Shown piece by piece: positions 52,244 to 60,412 of a stretch of 64,000 nucleotides of DNA. Source of the stretch: Bdellovibrionales bacterium (GTDB taxonomy: Bacteria > Bdellovibrionota > Bdellovibrionia > Bdellovibrionales > JAUICD01). The notes under the pieces were generated by a model. That model made no database searches. It saw only the letters and a list, made by a program, of their open reading frames with translations, and had not been told where the DNA came from. The stretch lies in NCBI GenBank assembly GCA_965262715.1, contig OZ253553.1, forward strand, positions 2,144,001 to 2,208,000. Direction: 5' to 3'. The position numbers and the translations under genes are program-made. The stretch's first letter is position 1. Every line of letters starts with the position of its first letter.

Positions 52244-52527
52244 TTAATGATAATCAGTAATTTCAACTTCTTTAGCTCCTTGTTTCGTCCATTTGAAAAT
52301 AATTCTCCATTGTCTATTAACATAAATCCTATAAAAAGAATTTTGAAGTTCCTTAAGACGATTACCCGGAATTGCTCTTAAGTCTTCAATATCTGTAGCT
52401 GCTTGTATTGCATCCAGTCTTCTTAAAACAATATTTTTTAGGCCACACCACTTTACCCCTTTCGACGGTAAAATGTTCTCATAAAAAAAGTCTTCATTAG
52501 TCTATCTTTAAAACTTAAAATAGCCAT
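52244..52527 (-). pseudogene. higB: HigB toxin, frameshifted after codon 8
   Basis: MAILSFKD, then a shifted frame TNEDFF...RRLDAIQAATDIEDLRAIPGNRLKEL...VNRQWRIIFKW...VEITDYH*. Confidence 0.85.
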
Positions 52528-52676
52528 ACATGTCTACTTGATATTTTATGTTGCTTGGTGGATTGAAAATAGATACTATCTATGACATACTATTGACATA
52601 TAATACTAATTAAATGTTGAAATAGTAAGCTTTGTCATCTGATAGTCTGGCATCCAGACAAATAAGATGGGGAAAC

Positions 52677-52828
52677 ATTTCCTTAATACGCTATTAAGGA
52701 ATGAAAAGATTCTCTTTTACTAAAAATGAACGGATTTTCTAGGCAATATCTTCCTGGGGCCGATGGTATAAACTTAGGCATTGTCAGAAATAGCCTTAAA
52801 AGAATAATCCAGCTCATTTTTAGTGAAA
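52677..52828 (+). repeat. structured repeat copy upstream of tRNA-Gly
   Basis: tttccttaa..ttaagg, TTTACTAAAAATGAACGGATTTTCTAGGCAA ... CATTTTTAGTGAAA. Confidence 0.65.
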
Positions 52829-52862
52829 CAAAAGTATATTTCAGTTTGAGTGAAACAATTTA

Positions 52863-52939
52863 GCGGGAATAGCTCAATTGGCTAGAGCATCAGCCTTCCA
52901 AGCTGAGGGTTGCGAGTTCGAGTCTCGTTTCCCGCTCCA
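52863..52939 (+). tRNA. tRNA-Gly(TCC)
   Basis: Cloverleaf; TCAGC-CTTCCAA-GCTGA; encoded CCA. Confidence 0.97.
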
Positions 52940-52962
52940 AACAATGTTTTGTGTCTGCAAAG

Positions 52963-53037
52963 GCCCATGTAGCTCAGAGGTAGAGCACACCCTTGGTAAG
53001 GGTGAGGTCACGGGTTCAATTCTCGTCATGGGCTCCA
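52963..53037 (+). tRNA. tRNA-Thr(GGT)
   Basis: Cloverleaf; CACCC-TTGGTAA-GGGTG; encoded CCA. Confidence 0.97.
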
Positions 53038-53241
53038 AACAGGATAAAAAAGACACAACAGAGCAATAAAAAGATTAAAGAATGTGAAAAAATAATTTAT
53101 AATCAATAAAGTCCCTCATGAAGGTTTATTTATTATGAAACTAAATATTCTTATAGACAAAAGAGTGTGATAAAGTTAAAAAAGAATACCTTTATGTATT
53201 TCATCTAATAATTTTAATTAATTTTTTTAAGGAGAAATGCC

Positions 53242-54432
53242 ATGGCTAAAGAAAAATTTGAACGTAACAAACCTCACGTTAACATTGGAACCATTGGACA
53301 CGTGGATCATGGTAAAACAACACTAACAGCCGCTATAACAAAAACTCTAGCTGAAACAGGTGGCGCAGTAGCGATGGACTATGAGCAAATCGACAAAGCT
53401 CCTGAAGAGAAGGAAAGAGGAATCACTATTTCAACCACTCACGTTGAATATGAAACAAACGCACGCCATTATGCTCACGTAGACTGTCCAGGTCACGCCG
53501 ACTATGTGAAAAATATGATCACAGGAGCTGCCCAGATGGATGGAGCCATATTGGTGGTATCAGCAGCAGATGGACCTATGCCTCAAACAAGAGAACACAT
53601 TCTACTTGCAAGACAAGTCGGTGTCCCTGCAATAGTTGTCTTTATGAATAAATGTGATCAAGTCGACGACCCAGAACTCCTTGATCTTGTGGAGTTAGAG
53701 ATACGAGAACTTCTTTCCAAATATGAGTTTCCAGGCGATGATATCCCAATTGTTCAAGGTTCTGCTCTTAAGGCGCTTGAGGGTGATTTATCAGATATGG
53801 GCAAACCTGCGCTTCTTAAATTGATGGAAGCCTGCGATAAATACATTCCAGAGCCTAAAAGAGACATTGAAAAGAGCTTTTTAATGCCTATTGAAGACGT
53901 ATTTTCTATTTCTGGACGAGGCACAGTTGTAACTGGCCGTGTGGACAGAGGCATAGTTAAAGTGAATGAAGAGGTAGAAATTGTAGGCATAAAAGAGACA
54001 ACCAAAACAACTGTCACTGGTGTAGAAATGTTCCGTAAGCTTTTAGATCAAGGACAAGCTGGCGATAACATTGGAGCTTTACTTAGAGGCACTAAAAAAG
54101 AAGATGTTGAAAGAGGCCAAGTCCTTGCCAAACCAGGTACAATCACTCCTCATAAGCAATTCAAAGCAGAGGCTTATATTTTAACCAAAGAAGAGGGAGG
54201 AAGACATACTCCTTTCTTCAAAAATTACAGACCTCAGTTTTACTTTAGGACAACAGATGTCACTGGTGTAGTCACCCTTAAAGAAGGGGTAGAAATGATC
54301 ATGCCAGGGGATAATGCCGAGCTGAGCGTAGAGCTTATTGCTCCTATAGCTATGGAGAAAGGATTAAGGTTTGCTATCCGTGAAGGCGGTCGAACAGTAG
54401 GTGCAGGAGTTGTTGCAGATATTACAGACTAG
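53242..54432 (+). CDS. tuf: elongation factor Tu
   Basis: [36 protein letters not shown]. Confidence 0.99.
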   Translation: MAKEKFERNKPHVNIGTIGHVDHGKTTLTAAITKTLAETGGAVAMDYEQIDKAPEEKERGITISTTHVEYETNARHYAHVDCPGHADYVKNMITGAAQMDGAILVVSAADGPMPQTREHILLARQVGVPAIVVFMNKCDQVDDPELLDLVELEIRELLSKYEFPGDDIPIVQGSALKALEGDLSDMGKPALLKLMEACDKYIPEPKRDIEKSFLMPIEDVFSISGRGTVVTGRVDRGIVKVNEEVEIVGIKETTKTTVTGVEMFRKLLDQGQAGDNIGALLRGTKKEDVERGQVLAKPGTITPHKQFKAEAYILTKEEGGRHTPFFKNYRPQFYFRTTDVTGVVTLKEGVEMIMPGDNAELSVELIAPIAMEKGLRFAIREGGRTVGAGVVADITD

Positions 54433-54486
54433 TAAATTACTACTAGATTTTTTATTTATATTGATTTTTAGATATGTTATCGTTTT

Positions 54487-54517
54487 AGGAAGAAGGCTTA
54501 TCCTTCTTCCTTTTTTT
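54487..54517 (+). terminator. intrinsic terminator-like hairpin between tuf and the tRNA array
   Basis: AGGAAGAAGG-CTTAT-CCTTCTTCCT followed by a T tract. Confidence 0.65.
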
Positions 54518-54523
54518 ACTTTT

Positions 54524-54879
54524 AGGGTAGTAGCTCAGCTGGTAGAGCAACGGACTTACAAATCCGTATCGCGGGTTCGACTCCTGCCTGCCCTTTTTGA
54601 CAAACAAAATGAAGGGTAGTAGCTCAGCTGGTAGAGCAACGGACTTACAAATCCGTATCGCGGGTTCGACTCCTGCCTGCCCTTTTTGACAAACGAAATG
54701 AAGGGTAGTAGCTCAGCTGGTAGAGCAACGGACTTACAAATCCGTATCGCGGGTTCGACTCCTGCCTGCCCTTTTTGACAAACGAAATAAAGGGTAGTAG
54801 CTCAGCTGGTAGAGCAACGGACTTACAAATCCGTATCGCGGGTTCGACTCCTGCCTGCCCTTTTTGACAAACGAAATAA
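54524..54879 (+). repeat. four tandem 89-bp units, each a tRNA-Trp-derived cloverleaf with an 8-nt anticodon loop
   Basis: Units start at 54524, 54613, 54702 and 54791; identical 71-nt tRNA-like body plus an 18-nt spacer. Confidence 0.95.
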
Positions 54880-54955
54880 AGGGTAGTAGCTCAGCTGGTA
54901 GAGCAACGGACTCCAAATCCGTAGGTCGCGGGTTCGACCCCTGCCTGCCCTGCCA
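54880..54955 (+). tRNA. tRNA-Trp(CCA)
   Basis: Canonical 76-nt cloverleaf; ACGGA-CTCCAAA-TCCGT; G discriminator plus CCA. Confidence 0.97.
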
Positions 54956-54975
54956 TTTTCAAATTATCTTGCCAA

Positions 54976-57504
54976 TCAAATTTTTCTTTGATTATTTAAA
55001 TACGTATAAGTAGCACTATCCCCCAAAAGTTTTAAATCACTAGGAGACCCTTTGGCTACTAAGAATCCCCCTTGCTCCCCTCCATCAGGCCCTAAATCAA
55101 TAATGTAATCACTAGACCTTACAACATCTAAATTATGTTCTATTAAAATCACAGAATGCCCCTTATCCACAAGCTCCTGGAGAAGACCAATAAGCTTTTT
55201 CACATCTTCAAAATGCAGTCCAGTTGTAGGTTCATCTAATATATAGAGATTTTTTCTGCGACCAGTTTTCGACAGCTCTTTAGATAATTTAATCCTTTGT
55301 GCTTCTCCTCCTGATAAAGTAGGAGAACTTTGCCCTAAGCGAATGTAATCTAAACCCACAAGACTTAGTGTTCTTAGCTTATTTTGAATATTTATATGAT
55401 TTTTAAAAAAATCTTTAGCCTTTAAGACCGTCATGTTTAAGATATCTGAAATGCTTTGTTCTTTATATTTTACAGCTAAAGTTTCAGAATTATACCTCTT
55501 ACCCATACACACTTCACATTGAGAGAAAAGGTCAGCCATAAAATGCATTTCTACTCTCACTTGTCCTGCTCCCTGGCAATGTTCACAACGCCCAGATTTC
55601 ACATTAAAGCTAAACCTTCCAGGTTTATATCCTCTTCTTCTCGACTCTGGCAGACGAGCAAAAAGCTCTCTAATAAAAGAAAACAAACCTGTATAAGTTG
55701 AAGGATTAGAGCGAGGTGTTCGTCCAATAGCCTTTTGAGTCACATTGATCACACTATCTAAATTTTTTGCTCCTATGATATTTGTATGAGGTTGAATAGG
55801 ATATTGTGATTTATAAAAATGATTGTGTAAATGATAAAATAACGTATCCATAATTAGTGAACTCTTTCCACTACCAGAAACACCTGTTACAGATACAAGA
55901 ACTCCTAGAGGTATATCAACATCTATATTTTTCAGATTATTTGCCGATGCGCCTCTAATATGTAACCAGTTTTGCGCTTTTTTATAATTCCGTTTTTTAT
56001 TTTGATATGCTACTTTTTCTTTCCTGAGATATTGTCCTGTCAAGCCTTTAGATGTTTTTTGAACTTCAATAGGGGAACCTATGGTTACTATCTCTCCTCC
56101 ATGATCACCTGCACCAGGACCAAGATCAACAACATAATCTGACCGCAAAATGGTCTCCTCATCATGTTCTACAACTAAAATAGTGTTCCCTCGATTTTTT
56201 AATCGATCCAAACTATCTAATAACTTATGATGATCGCGAGGGTGTAAGCCTACTGAAGGCTCATCTAACACATAGGTCACGCCTATTAGACTACTTCCCA
56301 ATTGATTTGCAAGACGCACTCTTTGATATTCTCCACCTGAAAGAGACCTTGCTGGACGTAGTAAGTTTAAATATCCAACTCCAATTTCACAAAGAGTGTT
56401 TACTTTGTCTTTTAAATCAACTAAGACTCTTTTTACAATTTCATAGGGTCTTTTAGACAACGAAAGATCCTTATCTAAAAAACTTTTTAATTCATTAAGA
56501 GTCATCAAAGATAAATCAACAATTGACTTGTTATTAACAAACACGTTCCTTGCAGCAATATTCAAACGACTTCCTTCACATTCATCACAAACAATATCAG
56601 CATTTTCTATCATATCATTTTCATCATCAGATAATATAGTTGATATATGACCTGAGCCTGAACATTTTCGACAAGCTCCTTTAACATGATTGAAACTAAA
56701 ATGACTAGGTTCCAGCTCATCAAAAGAAAAATAACATTCAGGACATGTGGCAACAGTAGATAAAAAGTGCTCTTTTTCAGGTTGAAGAATTCTAATTTTC
56801 ATATAGCCATTTGATAGTTCTATAGCTGTTTGTATACTCCTTTTAATTCTTAAATAAGCTTCTGAATTCATGATCACTTGATCTATTAGCAGATCAATAT
56901 AGTGCCTTTTTGTTCTTGTAAGTATTGGTAAAAACTCTAAATCGAAAGCCTTACCATTAACAAAACACTTGATATAACCCAAATTTTGCCAATGACGTAT
57001 TTCTTTAAAAAAAGAGCCTTTTTTTCCTCTAACAACAGGGGCTAAAATTAAAAATCTATCTCCACTTTTGAAACGCAAAACCCAATCTAAAATTGTATCT
57101 ACTGATTGGCCAATAACAGCGGTTTTGTGTTGTGGACACCTAGGAGTTCCTACCCTGGCGTAAAGAAGCCTCAAATAATCATAAATTTCTGTTATTGTTC
57201 CTACAGTGGAATTTGACGCAAATGAGAGTGATTTCTGCTCAATAGAAATAGAAGGAGAAAGCCCTGATATAGAATCAATATCTGGTTTTTTGAATTTTTC
57301 TAAAAAGTTTCTAGCATAAACTGAAAAACTTTCTACATAACGTCTTTGACCTTCAGCATAAATTGTATTGAAAACTAATGAAGATTTCCCACTTCCAGAA
57401 AGTCCTGTGACAACAGTCATTTTATTCCTAGGAAGAGTGACATTGATGCCCTTTAAATTATGTTCCCTAGCTCCTAAAACAACAATTCCTTTATCCTTCA
57501 TCAA
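54976..57504 (-). CDS. uvrA: excinuclease ABC subunit A
   Basis: GAREHNLK, GLSGSGKSS, LSGGE, DEPSVGLHPRD, second ABC cassette, zinc fingers. Confidence 0.95.
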   Translation of the reverse strand: MMKDKGIVVLGAREHNLKGINVTLPRNKMTVVTGLSGSGKSSLVFNTIYAEGQRRYVESFSVYARNFLEKFKKPDIDSISGLSPSISIEQKSLSFASNSTVGTITEIYDYLRLLYARVGTPRCPQHKTAVIGQSVDTILDWVLRFKSGDRFLILAPVVRGKKGSFFKEIRHWQNLGYIKCFVNGKAFDLEFLPILTRTKRHYIDLLIDQVIMNSEAYLRIKRSIQTAIELSNGYMKIRILQPEKEHFLSTVATCPECYFSFDELEPSHFSFNHVKGACRKCSGSGHISTILSDDENDMIENADIVCDECEGSRLNIAARNVFVNNKSIVDLSLMTLNELKSFLDKDLSLSKRPYEIVKRVLVDLKDKVNTLCEIGVGYLNLLRPARSLSGGEYQRVRLANQLGSSLIGVTYVLDEPSVGLHPRDHHKLLDSLDRLKNRGNTILVVEHDEETILRSDYVVDLGPGAGDHGGEIVTIGSPIEVQKTSKGLTGQYLRKEKVAYQNKKRNYKKAQNWLHIRGASANNLKNIDVDIPLGVLVSVTGVSGSGKSSLIMDTLFYHLHNHFYKSQYPIQPHTNIIGAKNLDSVINVTQKAIGRTPRSNPSTYTGLFSFIRELFARLPESRRRGYKPGRFSFNVKSGRCEHCQGAGQVRVEMHFMADLFSQCEVCMGKRYNSETLAVKYKEQSISDILNMTVLKAKDFFKNHINIQNKLRTLSLVGLDYIRLGQSSPTLSGGEAQRIKLSKELSKTGRRKNLYILDEPTTGLHFEDVKKLIGLLQELVDKGHSVILIEHNLDVVRSSDYIIDLGPDGGEQGGFLVAKGSPSDLKLLGDSATYTYLNNQRKI

Positions 57505-57570
57505 TTACCTCAATCATGGATTTGGTCACATTCCATAAAGGAAATCATTTTACCTACTCTTTTGATTAGC

Positions 57571-57664
57571 AGTCAAGAGATACCTAAGGAAGTGGCAAGA
57601 TATCTGCTACAAAAATATTAATTCTTTTAAGATGTTGGAGGCTGTTGCTGTTTTGATAGTAAAT
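57571..57664. repeat. 94-bp target-site duplication, left
   Basis: Identical to 59618..59711. Confidence 0.93.
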
Positions 57665-59617
57665 CCTGAGTTTGACAGTTGCGAAAATAAAGTTGAGTTA
57701 TTTTAGTTAGTTACAGTGGATGTGTGATTTTGTACCACTACATTTTGATTTTGTGGTAGAGATTTAAGAGATTGTTTGTAGGTTTAAGTAGATTCAATTT
57801 TAAGTTGTTTTGATGGGATCTTAACTCCTATAGCTTTAAATACATCAGCGTTATTGCCATAAATATCTGTTCTTATCCAAATAGTTTTGTTTTTATATCT
57901 GACAGGTATAGCTCGTACTTCTTTCAGCTTTGACATAGCTTCCGCTACACTCAATGGCCTTGACTTTATTCTCTTGTCTGTGATCGCTTTATCTTTTAAT
58001 GTGATGTTTCTTTGATGTAACTTCTTTGCAAAATAAGCCTCACATAAGTAAGATAAAAAACACACAACTAAATGACCTAATATCCTCTTATCTGTCCAGT
58101 GGAACATAGGACGTGTCTTTAATGTACCCTTCAACTCTCTAAATGAATTCTCTACCTTCCATAATTGCTTATAGTTCATTATAATCTCTTCAGAGCTTAA
58201 ATCTGTGTTTGTAATTATTCCAAAAAAACCATCTGTCCTCTCTGATTGTTCTATAGCTGACTTATTTAAAGTAGGCTTGCCTTTACTCTTAGGATGAACA
58301 ATATACTTCTTATAATTACTATTAGATAAAAAAGATCTTGTGCTTATGGACTTCTTTGATAATTGAGCTTCTATCTTAGATAGAATATCTTCTCTTACTT
58401 TCTTATCTCGTTCTGCTCTCTTTCTCGACCAGGTAATTATACAACGATCATTATTATAGCTTGTCTCGTATATAGCTAAATCTTCATTTATAAATTTAAA
58501 ATTCTTTAAATTGTATATCTCTGCATGACGATCCTTTAATAAACCTAGCTTTAATCCTACTATAAATTCATCTCCCTTTGCTTTTAATGATTGGAGATTC
58601 TCATTAGAAAATAAACCTCTATCTCCTACTAATATAAATCTTCTGATCTTAAACTTCTTTTTTAGCTTCGTCATAACTGAAGGTATTGTTTTACCTTCAA
58701 ATGTATTCCCAGGATAAACATCAAAGCCTAAGGGCATACCTTCTGTATCTACTAAAAGTCCAAATACCACTTGTGTGCAATCACTCCTCTTCTCTTTGCT
58801 ATAACCAAACCTTCGAAGATTATCTAAATCCTCACGGGTACTCTCAAATCTCAATGTCGTTAAATCATACAAAATAACATCACACTCATTGAAAAAACTT
58901 AATTGAGACTTACCTCGCATATAAAGAGTCTTCTCTATATCTTCTTTATGCTTACTTAGAATATCTAAAGAACGATAAATGTCTTGAAGATGAAGCTCCC
59001 CTTCTAAAAAATCAGGATAAAATAACTTCTGCCAGTGTGAAAATACTTTAAGCTTAGAACAAGGCTCTACAAAACGACTTATAACCAATGTAAAAATAAT
59101 CTTAACAAAATCAAATTGCACTTTACGATGCTTCTGTTTTAAATCTGTTAATAATCTATAGAGATTTAATTGTTTAAAAATAGTATCTATTATAAGCAAA
59201 GGACCTAAAATAAAAGTGTCTTTTACATCAATCTCTTTTAATAACTTACTAGCAGGAATTATCTCTAACTCTTTAGATAATACTTCTAGAAGCTTCTTCA
59301 AGTTAACTTCCTTATCCGCGGCTTTACCTAAAGACATTAGAATCCTTTGCTTCACTTGAGAACCTAATCTGTAGCTCTCAACAAGATGATAATATATGTC
59401 TCCTCTCGGATTTCTTGTAGACCTTATGAACATAAAAATACATTACAAGAAAAATATAAAAAATAAAAGAAAATAAGGTATATGACGCGTAGTGTATGAT
59501 AAATAAGTACACTACACTTTTTGACCAAAATACAAACACAATAACCGCTAATGACTATAAATACAACATTCCTTGAAAAAAATATCACGAAAATTCAAAT
59601 TAAGTGTCAAACTCAGG
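57665..59617 (-). mobile_element. IS1634-family insertion sequence
   Basis: 13-bp perfect TIR CCTGAGTTTGACA/TGTCAAACTCAGG; single DDE transposase; long flanking direct repeats. Confidence 0.92.
57784..59433 (-). CDS. IS1634 family transposase
   Basis: YYHLVESYR, LYDLTTLRFE, FGYSKEKRSD, VGDRG, YKQLWKVENSFRELK. Confidence 0.92.
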   Translation of the reverse strand: MFIRSTRNPRGDIYYHLVESYRLGSQVKQRILMSLGKAADKEVNLKKLLEVLSKELEIIPASKLLKEIDVKDTFILGPLLIIDTIFKQLNLYRLLTDLKQKHRKVQFDFVKIIFTLVISRFVEPCSKLKVFSHWQKLFYPDFLEGELHLQDIYRSLDILSKHKEDIEKTLYMRGKSQLSFFNECDVILYDLTTLRFESTREDLDNLRRFGYSKEKRSDCTQVVFGLLVDTEGMPLGFDVYPGNTFEGKTIPSVMTKLKKKFKIRRFILVGDRGLFSNENLQSLKAKGDEFIVGLKLGLLKDRHAEIYNLKNFKFINEDLAIYETSYNNDRCIITWSRKRAERDKKVREDILSKIEAQLSKKSISTRSFLSNSNYKKYIVHPKSKGKPTLNKSAIEQSERTDGFFGIITNTDLSSEEIIMNYKQLWKVENSFRELKGTLKTRPMFHWTDKRILGHLVVCFLSYLCEAYFAKKLHQRNITLKDKAITDKRIKSRPLSVAEAMSKLKEVRAIPVRYKNKTIWIRTDIYGNNADVFKAIGVKIPSKQLKIEST

Positions 59618-59711
59618 AGTCAAGAGATACCTAAGGAAGTGGCAAGATATCTGCTACAAAAATATTAATTCTTTTAAGATGTTGGAGGCTGTTGCTGTTT
59701 TGATAGTAAAT
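59618..59711. repeat. 94-bp target-site duplication, right
   Basis: Identical to 57571..57664. Confidence 0.93.
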
Positions 59712-59884
59712 CATTGAAGTTACAAGTTATTTCTTGCTAAAGTAATCATTTTTTGATATCTGGCAATCAGGTTTCAGGCAAAGCTGGCAAACTGTAACTG
59801 ACAAATGGATATATTCTGAGTTTTTACATCTAAAAGATTTCCTTCCGAGCTTCTGACAGGTTTTAATAAAGGAGGAAATTTTAT

Positions 59885-59960
59885 TGGTGGCTTAGGACGG
59901 AATCGAACCGCCGACACAAGGCTTTTCAGGCCTCTGCTCTACCGACTGAGCTACCAAGCC
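59885..59960 (-). tRNA. tRNA-Phe(GAA)
   Basis: Cloverleaf on the minus strand; GAGGC-CTGAAAA-GCCTT; encoded CCA. Confidence 0.97.
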
Positions 59961-60110
59961 ACTTTTTTCTAATTTATCATAGGGTTCATTGATATAGCAA
60001 TACATTAACTTACGAATAAGATTGATTAGGTTCTAGAGTTTATTCTGAACAAGCTTGACTATCTGTTAAATCTGGCAGGTTTTAGGAATATAAGCAATAT
60101 TTTAATATAA

Positions 60111-60323
60111 TTATTGCAGTATAAATTTTTCAGGGTTACTTACAAAACCACAATGCCTACATTTTAATTGTTCCTTGATTTCTAGATAAGCAACATCAAC
60201 AGTGTAGCAAAGAGAAGACTGTTCTCCACATGCATCACAAGATTGATTTTCTTCATGCATATACATTGTCATACCAGTTTCTTTAATAGGTGAGTTTATT
60301 GATTGATTTTCTTGAATATTCAT
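60111..60323 (-). CDS. small zinc-ribbon-like protein
   Basis: CDAC...CRHC; AAGGAG RBS. Confidence 0.65.
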   Translation of the reverse strand: MNIQENQSINSPIKETGMTMYMHEENQSCDACGEQSSLCYTVDVAYLEIKEQLKCRHCGFVSNPEKFILQ

Positions 60324-60412
60324 AATTCTCCTTATATTTATTCTCTTAATTGTACTTAATACTCTTACCAGACAACTTAATAGCTAAAAAAGGTTAATTT
60401 TTATTTCAACTT

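Noticed and set aside
44470..52510. Idea that the 8-nt-loop tRNAs rescue the Fic and HigB frameshifts
   Set aside because: Both lesions are 1-nt deletions needing a -1 shift and neither site contains TGTA; a quadruplet tRNA would give +1
41852..52527. Prophage or integrative element
   Set aside because: No integrase, phage structural or conjugation genes, and no duplicated tRNA 3' end bounding the island was found
54597..54625. TTGACA in each array spacer as an internal promoter
   Set aside because: The hexamer 17 bp downstream is TAGCTC, a poor -10 match; unsupported without TSS data
52874..54916. Short ORFs 52874..53056, 52878..53069, 54401..54619 and 54734..54916
   Set aside because: They overlap tRNA genes or the tRNA-like array; typical tRNA shadow ORFs
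54524..54955. CRISPR array interpretation of the 89-bp periodic repeat
   Set aside because: The repeat is a 71-nt tRNA cloverleaf, the spacers are near-identical 18-mers, and there are no cas genes in the window
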